NCBI GenBank assembly: GCA_964399205.1
Contig: CAYNPX010000001.1
Location: 1 to 41,622 of the forward strand
DNA: 41,622 nucleotides
Direction: 5' to 3'
Source of the DNA: an uncultured Butyricicoccus sp.
GTDB taxonomy: Bacteria; Bacillota; Clostridia; Oscillospirales; Butyricicoccaceae
Below the pieces are notes generated by a model. The model saw only the letters and a list, made by a program, of their open reading frames with translations. It was not told the origin of the DNA and did no database searches. Shown here piece by piece: positions 9,509 to 19,428 of the stretch; positions within the stretch are counted from its first letter, which is position 1, and every line of letters starts with the position of its first letter. Position numbers and translations under genes: made by a program.

Positions 9509-11005
9509 ATGACGAAAATCGACGCAATTTATACTCGACAATCGATTGAAAATAAGGATTCCATTTCAATCGAAACGCAGGTTGAATTATGCCGTCGCCT
9601 ATGCGACGAAAATGCCGAGGTTTATCGAGATGCCGGATTTTCCGGAAAGAATACAAACAGGCCGGCGTTTATGCGTCTCATGCAGGATGTCCGTGCAGGT
9701 AAGATTAAGCGCGTGTTTTGCTATCGTCTTGACCGAATCAGTCGCAGCATTGTTGATTTTGGTCTGATCTGGCAGACGCTCGAAGAACACGGCGCGGAAT
9801 TCTGTTCTGTTACAGAGCAATTCGATACATCCACGCCAATGGGACGTGCAATGGTAAACATCATTATTGTCTTTGCACAATTGGAACGTGAAACGATTGC
9901 AGAACGCGCCAAGACGAGCTATTATGCGCGTACTGCCGCCGGAACATGGTGTGGCGGTCCTCCTCCCTTTGGTTTTAAGACAATCCGTTCAAATATAAAT
10001 GGCAAGAATTTTGCTATTCTTGCCGTCAATGAACCGGAAGCTGTCATTATCAAAGAAATATTTGATCTCTATGAAAGCGGTTCCTATTCTCTGTCGAAGC
10101 TCGCTCGGACATTGGAAGAAAGCGGTAAAAAGATATCCCGTCGGGGTGCCATTGCATCCAATGTGGAAATCCGAAATATTTTGACAAATCCTGTCTGCGC
10201 CGTCGCAGATGTCGAATTATATTCCTACTACTTTTCGCATGGAGCAAGGATCGCATCCGACCTTTCAAGATTTGACGGTTCTCACGCTGCAATCCTTATC
10301 GGGAAGCATCAGGGTGAAAAACGCGGAAAAATACGCGCGATTTCCGAGCGCACGCTGGCTTTATCTCATCACAAGGGATTTATCCCTTCCGCACAGTTCA
10401 TTGCAGTGCAAAACATTCTAAGCAAAAATAAACAGGTCAAAAACCAAACTCCCTCCAGGGTTTCCTGGGCGAACGGTCTGTTGCGATGCGCAGAGTGCGG
10501 TTACAGTGTCCAAATTTATATGCGCAAACAGCGAAATAACCATCGGTATGCCAAATGTAACGGTCGATATAAACTGCATAACTGCGACATGCTATTTCGC
10601 ATTCGTCCAGATGAAATTGAAGATAAGATTGAACAGGCGATTCAGCAATATTTAGATTCCCTGACAGAATATGCCGGTAATGCACAGGAAGACAACGAAG
10701 AAGTAATCCGGCTCAAAATGCGCCGCGCCGAAACCGAAAAACAAATAAACAATTTAGTGGATGCAATTGCAGAGGGCGGCGGTATCGCAATGCGGCAATT
10801 GTCCGCTCGGCTGGAAGCATTGGAAAAAGAGCTGGATACCCTGTCGGATCGAATCGCCAAATCTCAAACCATGCATATTCCCGCAGCCATGACATATATG
10901 CCGTCTCTTGAAGCTGCTGACATGGAAACCAAACGACAGATCGCTCGAATGATAATCAAAAGAGCCTATATTTCAGCAGATGACGTAAAAGTTGAAACAA
11001 TCTGA
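9509..11005 (+). CDS. Large serine recombinase (LSR2), paralog of LSR1
   Basis: IYTRQS, KIKRVFCYRLDRISRS (identical in LSR1), CAECG Zn ribbon. RBS AAGGGAG before ATG 9509. Confidence 0.95.
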   Translation: MTKIDAIYTRQSIENKDSISIETQVELCRRLCDENAEVYRDAGFSGKNTNRPAFMRLMQDVRAGKIKRVFCYRLDRISRSIVDFGLIWQTLEEHGAEFCSVTEQFDTSTPMGRAMVNIIIVFAQLERETIAERAKTSYYARTAAGTWCGGPPPFGFKTIRSNINGKNFAILAVNEPEAVIIKEIFDLYESGSYSLSKLARTLEESGKKISRRGAIASNVEIRNILTNPVCAVADVELYSYYFSHGARIASDLSRFDGSHAAILIGKHQGEKRGKIRAISERTLALSHHKGFIPSAQFIAVQNILSKNKQVKNQTPSRVSWANGLLRCAECGYSVQIYMRKQRNNHRYAKCNGRYKLHNCDMLFRIRPDEIEDKIEQAIQQYLDSLTEYAGNAQEDNEEVIRLKMRRAETEKQINNLVDAIAEGGGIAMRQLSARLEALEKELDTLSDRIAKSQTMHIPAAMTYMPSLEAADMETKRQIARMIIKRAYISADDVKVETI

Positions 11006-11007
11006 CT

Positions 11008-11049
11008 GGTTTCACACTGTAAATGCGGGGGCATCAACATTGTAGAATC
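11008..11049. other. Putative att junction for LSR2 (crossover about 11028-11030)
   Basis: Imperfect inverted repeat (13 of 19 positions pair around a GGGG core, e.g. TGTAAATGC-GGGG-GCATCAACA) centred where the coat-like reading loses family resemblance, about 24 bp from the LSR2 stop. Confidence 0.65.
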
Positions 11050-11212
11050 CACGGTTAAAATCAACCGATTGCACATTGATATCTACCCACAGCAGTTCCG
11101 CGCGGCGCGGCTTTACACTGGAAGAACGCTCCAGCAGCTCCTGTGAACATCTGGTCAGATAAACACGCAGATCCTGAATGCACTCCTTGGAACGGCAGGC
11201 ATCATAAACCTT
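11030..11212 (-). CDS. Internal piece 2 of a split Cys-rich CsxA-like spore-surface gene
   Basis: KVYDACRSKECIQDLRVYLTRCSQELLERSSSVKPRRAELLWVDINVQSVDFNRGFYNVDA. The ORF-track N-terminus runs through a terminator. In frame with piece 1 across the repeat. Confidence 0.85.
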
Positions 11213-11227
11213 TTTTGTAAGAACACA
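11210..11227 (+). repeat. Left att repeat of the 21-kb intervening element
   Basis: CTTTTTTGTAAGAACACA, 16/18 identical to 32453-32470. Confidence 0.85.
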
Positions 11228-11235
11228 AATGATAC

Positions 11236-11276
11236 AAAAGGTCTGACTCCCGCTCGATGCAGAAGCCAGACCTTTT
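11236..11276. terminator. Intrinsic terminator downstream of adh, just inside the element's left end
   Basis: AAAAGGTCTG...CAGACCTTTT inverted repeat with A/T tails. Confidence 0.75.
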
Positions 11277-11331
11277 TCGATCACCTCAGCAGATTCGAGA
11301 TCATCAAAATTCCGATGATTTTCAATACTGC

Positions 11332-12504
11332 TTACCGATATGCCTTTTCAAAAATCGCCGCACATGCTTCGTCTGACAGCGGGATACGGTCAGCCTTGAA
11401 CAATCCGCCCATCGTTGCGCGCGCATTCTGCGCCAGTGTCATGCATTCTTCCTTCTGAATGCCATAATCCGACATTTTCAGCCCATCAACACCGCACGCC
11501 CTCTGCAGTTCGGCCAGTGCAGTCAAAAAGTCCTCCGGAACGCACGCATCCGTCTTGCCCAGTGCCTGTGCCATACGGACAAAGCGTTCATCACACGCAT
11601 GTACACGGATAAAATGCTCATAGTATGGCAGAGAAATCATAATCAGACCCGCGCCGTGCGGCAAATTATGATGGTACGCGCTCATCGCGTGCTCCATTGC
11701 ATGTTCACTGGTGCAAGCGCTCAGCGTCATGACAACGCCGGACAGGGTGTTTGCAAACGCCACATGCTCTCTTGCTTCCATATCCGAACCGTCCGCAACC
11801 GCACGCGCCAGATATGTTCCGATATTTTCAATCGCGGTCAGCGCATACATATCGCTCATCAGATTCGCTGTACCCGCGATATAGCACTCAACGCTATGGA
11901 ACAGCGCGTCGAAGCCCTGATATGCCGTAAATTTTGGCGGGACGGACCGCATCAGCTCCGGATCAACGATTGCCAGCTGTGGAAACAGGCGATCATCGCC
12001 GCCAAAGCCAATTTTTTCATTGGTATCTTCATTGGAGATAACGCCATATTGATCGACTTCACTGCCTGTCCCGGCAGTGGTTGTAATGGCGACCACCGGC
12101 AACGGATCGTTTGCAATTCTCTGGCGTTTTCCCGTGCCGCCATATACATAATCCCACAAATCACCTTCATTGGTTGCCATCGTTGCAATCGCCTTTGCCG
12201 CATCCATCACGCTGCCGCCGCCCAAGGCAACAATAAAATCACAGCCGTTTTCCCTTGCGAACGCGCCGCCCTCCATGACGGTGGATTTCAATGGATTTGC
12301 CATGATCTTATCAAAAATAACCGACTGCACGCCCGCCTGCTCCAGTTCTGCAACCGTTTTATCCAGCGAACCGTTTGCGCGCGTCGATTTGCCATTTGAA
12401 ATAACGATCATCGCTTTTTTCCCCGGCAGCTTCTGGGAATGCAGCTTATTTAATCTCCCTGCCCCAAACACGATGCGGGTTGGTACATACATTTTAAAAC
12501 CCAT
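11332..12504 (-). CDS. Iron-containing alcohol dehydrogenase
   Basis: ALGGGSVMDAAK, TTAGTGSE, DALFH and H...H metal ligands. Confidence 0.93.
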   Translation of the reverse strand: MGFKMYVPTRIVFGAGRLNKLHSQKLPGKKAMIVISNGKSTRANGSLDKTVAELEQAGVQSVIFDKIMANPLKSTVMEGGAFARENGCDFIVALGGGSVMDAAKAIATMATNEGDLWDYVYGGTGKRQRIANDPLPVVAITTTAGTGSEVDQYGVISNEDTNEKIGFGGDDRLFPQLAIVDPELMRSVPPKFTAYQGFDALFHSVECYIAGTANLMSDMYALTAIENIGTYLARAVADGSDMEAREHVAFANTLSGVVMTLSACTSEHAMEHAMSAYHHNLPHGAGLIMISLPYYEHFIRVHACDERFVRMAQALGKTDACVPEDFLTALAELQRACGVDGLKMSDYGIQKEECMTLAQNARATMGGLFKADRIPLSDEACAAIFEKAYR

Positions 12505-12692
12505 TTTCTTTCCTCCTGATTGTACTATACGCTCGTTGTGATAGATTTGGTTTCATTATACTACGGAATGCCGGAAATGAAAAGGAAAAACAGACGGTCT
12601 GCCCTGTACAATTTCATACAGCGCAGCCGCCTGTTCCTGCCGATTGAATCAGCGCTTCTCCAAAAATACTATTTTTTCAGTTTGTTGTTCTT

Positions 12693-14069
12693 TCAACGTC
12701 GTGTACCGAATGCGGCGCCAATTGCCTGTGCAATATTATTGACCTGCAAAACGCGGAAGGATTCCGGAATTTGAATTCGTCCAATATCCTGCTTCGGCAT
12801 GATACAGGTCGAAAATCCGAGACGAATGGCCTCCTGAATGCGCTGCGATACAGCGGTGACCGCACGCAGTTCGCCGGTCAGTCCAACTTCTCCCAATGCC
12901 ATCACCCCTTCCGGCAATGGCTGATCACGGTAGCTGGACGCAACCGCGAGCGCAATCGGCAGGTCAATCGCCGGTTCATCCAAACGCATTCCGCCGATAA
13001 CATTGACATAGGTATCGCTGGATGATAGATAAAGCCCTACACGTTTTTCCAGGATTGCCAGCAAAAGTACCATTCGGTTATAATCTACACCGGCTGACAT
13101 GCGGCGCGGCGTACCATACGCTGTCTTTGTAACGAGCGCCTGTATTTCGGCTAAAATCGGGCGGCTGCCCTCCATCGTGCAGGCTATGCAATTACCGGAA
13201 GCATCAACCGGATGACCTGACAGCATCGCGGCGGATGGATTGGGGACTTCGATGAGTCCGCAATCACTCATTTCAAATACGCCGATCTCATTTGTCGAGC
13301 CAAAACGGTTTTTAGCCGCCCGCAGACATCGAAAGGAAACCTGTCGTTCTCCTTCAAAATACAGCACACAGTCAACCATGTGTTCCAAAATTTTTGGACC
13401 CGCGAGCGTTCCTTCCTTGTTCACATGGCCAACAATAAAGATCGTGACATTATATCGCTTTGCATACTGCATCAGGGTCATGGCGCATTCCTTGATCTGC
13501 GTCGTATTGCCCGGTGCGCTGGTGAGATCGGATTTATAAATCGTCTGAATGGAATCGACGATTAAAACATCCGGCTTCAAAAGTCCGGTCTCCGCAATAA
13601 TTTCCTCCAAATCAGTCTCCGCAAGCACATACAGCGCCGGAGAGGAAATGTGCAGCCGATCTGCACGCAAACGAATCTGGCGCAGAGATTCCTCACCGGA
13701 GACATATAATACCTTGGCTTGTTGGCACATCTCCTGACACATCTGTAAGAGCAGCGTTGATTTCCCGATGCCGGGCTCTCCGCCTACGAGCACAAAGCTG
13801 CCGCGCACGGCGCCGCCGCCCAATACGCGATCCAGTTCTGAAATACCCGTATGGAAACGCAGCTCCTCTGTCATCTGAATGGCACTGATCTCCATCGGTT
13901 TATTTTTCGTCCCACGTTCCTGTCGCGCTACCGTTCCGCGCGGCTGTGCAGACTTTGCTTCCTTGAACTCATCCATCGAATTCCACGCGCCGCAGGACGG
14001 ACACTTTCCATACCACTTTGCACTTTCATAGCCGCATTCCGAGCATAAAAACATTGTTTTCTGTTTCAT
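12693..14069 (-). CDS. radA: DNA repair protein RadA/Sms
   Basis: CSECG...CPSC Zn finger, GEPGIGKST, KNRFG motif and Lon-like C-terminus. RBS GAGG before ATG 14069. Confidence 0.97.
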   Translation of the reverse strand: MKQKTMFLCSECGYESAKWYGKCPSCGAWNSMDEFKEAKSAQPRGTVARQERGTKNKPMEISAIQMTEELRFHTGISELDRVLGGGAVRGSFVLVGGEPGIGKSTLLLQMCQEMCQQAKVLYVSGEESLRQIRLRADRLHISSPALYVLAETDLEEIIAETGLLKPDVLIVDSIQTIYKSDLTSAPGNTTQIKECAMTLMQYAKRYNVTIFIVGHVNKEGTLAGPKILEHMVDCVLYFEGERQVSFRCLRAAKNRFGSTNEIGVFEMSDCGLIEVPNPSAAMLSGHPVDASGNCIACTMEGSRPILAEIQALVTKTAYGTPRRMSAGVDYNRMVLLLAILEKRVGLYLSSSDTYVNVIGGMRLDEPAIDLPIALAVASSYRDQPLPEGVMALGEVGLTGELRAVTAVSQRIQEAIRLGFSTCIMPKQDIGRIQIPESFRVLQVNNIAQAIGAAFGTRR

Positions 14070-14087
14070 AGTATTCCTCTGATCCAA

Positions 14088-14170
14088 GCGCTATCGGGAA
14101 ACCACGGACGTCGGATTCGCTGCAAAAATGAACCGGATCCGAGGTGAAAATCTCCGTTTCCCAAGTGCGC
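14088..14170. repeat. Long imperfect hairpin between the amidase and radA
   Basis: Outer arms GCGCTATCGGGAAACCACGGA / TCCGTTTCCCAAGTGCGC, inner arms TCGGATTCGCTGCA / TGAACCGGATCCGA. Confidence 0.55.
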
Positions 14171-14171
14171 T

Positions 14172-14888
14172 CTAAATTTCTAAATATTGTAAATAGCCGC
14201 CCATAATACATAGTGCCAGCCGTTTCTGATAATCATCCTGTGTCAGCTGCTTTGCTTCACCTGCATTGGACAAAAAGCCGCATTCAACAATCACAGCCGG
14301 ACAGGTCAAGGTTTTCATCAGATATATTCCATCTGCGGCTTGTTTTGCTTTTCGTTCCCTTGCGGGGGATAACCCTCGCGTCAACGCATCCTGTAGCTGC
14401 ACGGCTAAGGTTTCCCCTTCCGGATTGTTTTTGGACCAGAACACCTGTGCGCCGGTATAGGACGAATCGGAAAATTTATTCAGATGGATTGACAGAAAAA
14501 TTGGATTTGTCTCCTGATTGGTAATGCGCTCTCTCGCATGGATATCCGTTACCTTATTTTCACGAATTGTCTGCGCCGGGTCATAATCAATAGAATTGGT
14601 ATCTGCTCTTGTCAATACAGTGCGAATGCCGAAAAATCCCGCAAATGCCTTACATTTTTGCACAATTGCCAAATTGATATCCTGTTCCATCGTTCCATCA
14701 TCAGCCACTGCGCCGCCGTCAATGCCGCCATGTCCTGCGTCAAGAACCAGTGTGCTCTGATAGCTGTACGGTGCAAAAACGCTCTGTGACAATAAAACCT
14801 CTTTATATGGAAGAATTACGGTAAGCAGTGCAATTGCCAATAACGAAAGCCAAACCAAACGGTTTCGTTTCAAAATAGATACTCCCAC
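14172..14888 (-). CDS. cwlD: N-acetylmuramoyl-L-alanine amidase, CwlD-like
   Basis: N-terminal TM helix, LDAGHGGIDGG, SIHLN, VECGFLSN; upstream sigmaE-like promoter. Confidence 0.75.
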   Translation of the reverse strand: MGVSILKRNRLVWLSLLAIALLTVILPYKEVLLSQSVFAPYSYQSTLVLDAGHGGIDGGAVADDGTMEQDINLAIVQKCKAFAGFFGIRTVLTRADTNSIDYDPAQTIRENKVTDIHARERITNQETNPIFLSIHLNKFSDSSYTGAQVFWSKNNPEGETLAVQLQDALTRGLSPARERKAKQAADGIYLMKTLTCPAVIVECGFLSNAGEAKQLTQDDYQKRLALCIMGGYLQYLEI

Positions 14889-14912
14889 GGCGGTTCCTCC
14901 CCTTTTTAAAAA

Positions 14913-14941
14913 AAGATATGATGCGTTTTGTCTCGATATGT
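14913..14941 (-). promoter_or_regulatory. sigmaE-type promoter of the cwlD-like gene
   Basis: Minus strand ACATATC-N14-CATATCTT. Confidence 0.55.
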
Positions 14942-14981
14942 GTTATATTATAGACAAGACATATAGAGAGGAGGCTTGCAC

Positions 14982-15653
14982 ATGCGCCGCAGGCAACAAC
15001 TGTTTCTCAGTATAAATCGCATTTTTTTGCTGTTATATGCGCCATTATGTATTGCTCTGAGTGTTTTCTTCTTATTCACAGGCAATGTACTGTATTCGAT
15101 CTTATCCCTTGGCACGATTATCTGGCTGGTATTGCCGCAGTTGATACACAAATTTTGGCATCTTCGCACCGGACATCTTCTCGTCTTTTTCTATTTAATT
15201 TTTATTTTACTGGGTTACACCTGCGGAATGCTTCTCTCTTTCCGCCGATATATCCCGTTTTACAGTGAATTTATTCATCTGATCGGCGGATTTTTCTTCT
15301 GCTTAACAGCAGCTTCTATCTTCTGCTATTGCACGAAGCAGCGCCCGAATAAGAAGATGCTCTTATTTGCCAATCTTTTTTGCTTTTCGTGCTCACTGGC
15401 AGCGGGACTTATTTGGGAATTATTGCAGATTGCGATTTCCGTATTCGCTTTAAAATCCGCTGTATCGATATCCGATCTGATTCTCGATCTGATGGCCTGC
15501 CTGATCGGTGCAATTGTTTTCTGTATACTGACCACACTCTATGTCAGGAAGGATATTCACACATATCCCCTATATGCGTTTGAAGATTTTGCTGTACTGA
15601 ATATAAAAATCAATATCAGCTATGCACAGTCTTCTTCCCGAAGCTCGGGATGA
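14982..15653 (+). CDS. Multi-pass membrane protein (DUF2238/YjdF-like)
   Basis: Several hydrophobic helices, H...GG, WELLQ and DL..DL..GA pattern. RBS GAGGAGG. Confidence 0.65.
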   Translation: MRRRQQLFLSINRIFLLLYAPLCIALSVFFLFTGNVLYSILSLGTIIWLVLPQLIHKFWHLRTGHLLVFFYLIFILLGYTCGMLLSFRRYIPFYSEFIHLIGGFFFCLTAASIFCYCTKQRPNKKMLLFANLFCFSCSLAAGLIWELLQIAISVFALKSAVSISDLILDLMACLIGAIVFCILTTLYVRKDIHTYPLYAFEDFAVLNIKINISYAQSSSRSSG

Positions 15654-15804
15654 TCGGCTGCTGCTTTTCCGCATAAACAAACCAGCCGTTGGCGCAACAT
15701 TTGTGTCAACGGTTGATTTTTCATAAAAGCAGGAACTGCCGGCGGGAATACAACATAAAGCCTTTCCGGTGTAAAACAGTGATGCCAACGATACAACCGG
15801 GCAG

Positions 15805-16599
15805 TCACTTTTTGTATCGCTTAATTACCTCATGGAAAATCGCACGCTGTTCGTTATATTTTTCCTGCTTGCTGTCGCGGAATCTCACAACACGCTTCAA
15901 AGCGGAACGGTTTGCATAATTAAAGCGCTCCACCATTTTCTCCGCGCGCTGTCTGGAAAACCGCAGTTTCTCTTCTGCAATCCGCGCGTTGATATCCAGT
16001 CTGCGCTCCTCCAGAGAACTGACAAACTGCTCCATATGCAAATTTAGGATTTCCTCATTCGCCTTGATCGCCTCATCCAAATTGGTGAGTGCACATACAG
16101 TCAATGTACAATCCGCTGCAAGGACCGCCATCATAACCAATGCTATCCCCTCCACCGCAATTGCCGAAATTGGCCTGGTCCACGTGCTGACAGTCGGGAG
16201 GATAATATAAACAATGACCAGTCCGGCAACACCGAACAGCAGGGAATTCTGCAGGCACACTCTTCCCTGAATATTAAACGGCAAATGACTGTAATCCCAC
16301 CACGATGCATGAAATATCTTTTCCAGAACCAGAGATGTCACAAACTCCAATACAGCGCTGCCGATTACAGAAACCAGATAAACCTGCCACCACTGCATAC
16401 CGCCTGTATCATAGTTCTCCAATTTCTGAAATAACACAATGACCGCGACCGCTCCGCAGCCATAAATGGGACAGACCGGACCAAATAAAAAGCCTCTGTT
16501 TGCCCATTTCTTTGTTATAATTGTACAATAGCCCGTTTCAAAAATCCAGCCCATACAACTAAAAATACAAAACAGCATAAAATAGTAGCTGATCCACAT
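15805..16599 (-). CDS. CmpB/TMEM229-like putative ABC permease family membrane protein
   Basis: GWIFET, NRGFLFGPVCPIYG, WWDYSHLPFNIQGRVCL. Confidence 0.85.
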   Translation of the reverse strand: MWISYYFMLFCIFSCMGWIFETGYCTIITKKWANRGFLFGPVCPIYGCGAVAVIVLFQKLENYDTGGMQWWQVYLVSVIGSAVLEFVTSLVLEKIFHASWWDYSHLPFNIQGRVCLQNSLLFGVAGLVIVYIILPTVSTWTRPISAIAVEGIALVMMAVLAADCTLTVCALTNLDEAIKANEEILNLHMEQFVSSLEERRLDINARIAEEKLRFSRQRAEKMVERFNYANRSALKRVVRFRDSKQEKYNEQRAIFHEVIKRYKK

Positions 16600-16932
16600 G
16601 CTTTATATCCCCCTATTATCGTATGATGGTTATCTTATCATGTAAATCTCAACGGAAGTTCACATAAATATGAATAATTTGTAAATCCTATGCATACATC
16701 TGCATTTTTATCCCGACAGACAAAAATCCGCGTGTTGTTTCGTTGCGCTGTTCCAATAAAATGATTTTCAGGCTTTGATGAACCGAATCGCCCCGGAATC
16801 GTCCCATGTGCTAAATGATCCGCCTATAAAAATACGGCAGGATCGTTCATAACCCTGTCGCACTTCTGTTACATCGATCGGCTTGGAAAGCGCAGCGCTG
16901 ATGCATCATTGCCGACATATGAATACAGGTTC

Positions 16933-17376
16933 TTACTCCTCGCTTTGATTTCTTTGATTCAAACATGCATATAGCTTTTTTCTAATAAAATAAATAAAGA
17001 AAAAAGGAAGTACAAGCGATACGCCTTTACCGAAAAGAAAAGCCAGTTCCTTTGAAACCCATTGAATCGCAAATGCATAGGACTGAACGATAGCAAAGTC
17101 TGCAACGACCAGTCCAATAAGGAATGTCACCAGATAGATCAAAAACGAAAGCACACCGTATCTCGTCTGAAATACAAATTTTACCGAGAGAAAAAAATTT
17201 AAAATAAATCCCAGAGTAACGCCGATTGTGTTGGAAAAGCCGAGACCTATCGAAAAAGAGTGGAATAATATCCAAACAGTCGTGACATCAACCAGCGTCG
17301 CAATAACGGAAAATGTAAAATATTGGATAAACTCACGATACTTATCATATATTTTCTGAATGGAATCCATGACCAT
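16933..17376 (-). CDS. GtrA family membrane protein
   Basis: Four TM helices, ATLVD, NFFLSVKFVF. Confidence 0.75.
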   Translation of the reverse strand: MVMDSIQKIYDKYREFIQYFTFSVIATLVDVTTVWILFHSFSIGLGFSNTIGVTLGFILNFFLSVKFVFQTRYGVLSFLIYLVTFLIGLVVADFAIVQSYAFAIQWVSKELAFLFGKGVSLVLPFFFIYFIRKKLYACLNQRNQSEE

Positions 17377-17888
17377 TCCCCTTTCAAACTATCAATCGTA
17401 CCGTATTTATTTTAAACGGCAACGGGAAATGTACGAGCGAAATCGTCAAACGATTCTCCTGTCGAATCGCGGTGTCGCTTAACGAAATTACAGAATAAAA
17501 TAACACACAAAGAAGGAAGCTGATACCATCGCTTCCCGTTTATATTTCCAGCCTGTTTTAATCTTTCTTTTGATATCATGTGCGCAGTATATGAAATTCA
17601 TCCGATGATAGCCTGCCATATTTTATAACATATAATATCACGCTTTCTTTTCGGCGTCAATACCATTTATGCATATTTTTACCCCGAAAATCGCTCAGAT
17701 TTATAATATATATCCATTTTCATGATCTTTTATGGACGGTTTTCTCACCCTCGCATCGTCCAAAAAAAGAACACAAGTCCCTTTCTTTTTCCCGCACTGA
17801 GTGGTATAATGAAAAAACCTGTGTACAGGATTACAGGCAGCACCGCAGCATCCGGACGGCGCAGCCTGAAGAGGAGAGATGCATAACA

Positions 17889-18584
17889 ATGAACGGAATA
17901 TTATATGGAGTCGGTGTCGGTCCGGGCGATCCGGAGCTAATGACACTGAAAGCAGTCCGACTGATTGAAGAAAATCACATCATCGCTCTGCCGGGCGCAG
18001 TTCCGACAGAAACCATCGCATATCAAATTGCCATTCAGGCAGTTCCCGCACTTGCGGACAAAGAACTGGTTCCTGTCTATATGCCCATGACGCATGATCA
18101 GGAGGAACTGGAACGCAATCATCAAAAGGGCGCTCAAACCATTGTATCTTATCTAAAGCAGGGAAAGAACGTTATCTTTTTAACACTCGGCGATCCTTCG
18201 ATTTATTCTACATTTACATATATCCAGCAAGCGGTTGAACAAAATGGCTATCCTACTGCAATGATAAGCGGCATCACCTCGTTCTGTGCTGCCGCTGCAA
18301 GCGTCAATACGTCTCTCGTCAAGTGGAATGAGCAGCTGCATATCGTTCCTGCTGTGCACAGCTTACAGCATCAGCTGCCGGATTCCGGCAACTATGTTCT
18401 GATGAAATCCGGTAAAAAAATGAAGCAGGTCAAGGAGATTTTAGCCGCCAGCAGGCGTGCCGTCGTTACCGTGGAAAACTGCGGAACGGAGAACGAGCAT
18501 ATCTATCGCGGCGTGGAAGAAATTCCGGATGACGCGGGGTACTATTCTCTGATTATTGCGAAGGAACCAAACTGCAATGATTGA
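17889..18584 (+). CDS. cobI: Precorrin-2 C20-methyltransferase
   Basis: LYGVGVGPGDPELMTLKA, LTLGDPSIYSTF, GITSF, YYSLIIA. Confidence 0.9.
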   Translation: MNGILYGVGVGPGDPELMTLKAVRLIEENHIIALPGAVPTETIAYQIAIQAVPALADKELVPVYMPMTHDQEELERNHQKGAQTIVSYLKQGKNVIFLTLGDPSIYSTFTYIQQAVEQNGYPTAMISGITSFCAAAASVNTSLVKWNEQLHIVPAVHSLQHQLPDSGNYVLMKSGKKMKQVKEILAASRRAVVTVENCGTENEHIYRGVEEIPDDAGYYSLIIAKEPNCND

Positions 18585-19419
18585 ACTGAAAAATCTGACC
18601 AAAAAATTTGACGATTTTACCGCAGTCGATTCTATCAATTTGACCATACAGACCGGTGAGTTTTTCGGCCTGCTGGGGCCAAACGGCGCCGGCAAAACAA
18701 CAACCATCGGAATGCTGTCAACTCTCCTGCTCCCCACAGCGGGCGAGGTATCGATTGACGGAGAACGGCTGACGCGAAACCGGACAGATATCAAGCGCAA
18801 GATCAGTGTCATCACACAGGAATATTCCATGCGGCAGGATATGACAATGGATGAAATCATGGAATATCAGGGGCGGCTGTATTTTATGCCGCGCAGGGAA
18901 ATCCGTGCACGTACAGAGGAACTGCTCGCATTCTGCGACCTCCTCAAATTCCGAAAGCGAACCGTGCGAAAACTCTCCGGCGGTATGAAACGGAAGCTGA
19001 TGGTGTGCCGTGCATTGCTGACCAGTCCGGAAATCCTTATTCTCGACGAGCCAACCGCCGGTATGGATGCGCTGTCGCGCAGACAGATGTGGAATCTGCT
19101 GCGCAAGCTCAATGAGCAGGAATTGACCATCCTGCTGACAACGCACTATATGGAAGAAGCGCAGTCGCTTTGCGATCGGGTCGGTATGATGTGTCAGGGA
19201 AAGCTGGAAGAGGTAGACACTCCCGCCAATTTTATCAATCACCTCGGTGCATTTGCTGTGGATGAGATGACCACAGAAGGCATTCGCAGTCATTATTTCC
19301 ATGAACGTAAAGCTGCGCTTTCTTATCTGGATAAAGCAACCGGCAGACTCGCGCTGCGTGAAACTACACTGGAGGACGTTTTTGTAGAGCGTTCCGGCAG
19401 CTATCTGACCGCACGATAG
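18577..19419 (+). CDS. ABC exporter ATP-binding protein
   Basis: GPNGAGKTT, LSGGMKRK, LDEPT. Confidence 0.92.
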   Translation: MIELKNLTKKFDDFTAVDSINLTIQTGEFFGLLGPNGAGKTTTIGMLSTLLLPTAGEVSIDGERLTRNRTDIKRKISVITQEYSMRQDMTMDEIMEYQGRLYFMPRREIRARTEELLAFCDLLKFRKRTVRKLSGGMKRKLMVCRALLTSPEILILDEPTAGMDALSRRQMWNLLRKLNEQELTILLTTHYMEEAQSLCDRVGMMCQGKLEEVDTPANFINHLGAFAVDEMTTEGIRSHYFHERKAALSYLDKATGRLALRETTLEDVFVERSGSYLTAR

Positions 19420-19428
19420 GAGGAGCGC

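Noticed and set aside
11228-11284. ORF-track N-terminus MIEKGLASASSGSQTFCII of the 90-aa ORF
   Set aside because: It runs through the adh terminator hairpin. Piece 1 at 32530 supplies a better start, with promoter, RBS and a family-like sequence.
14090-14150. Minus-strand peptide IFTSDPVHFCSESDVRGFPIA as a further scrambled piece of the coat-like gene
   Set aside because: The resemblance is weak, there is no adjacent recombinase or shared core, and the DNA is explained by a palindrome.
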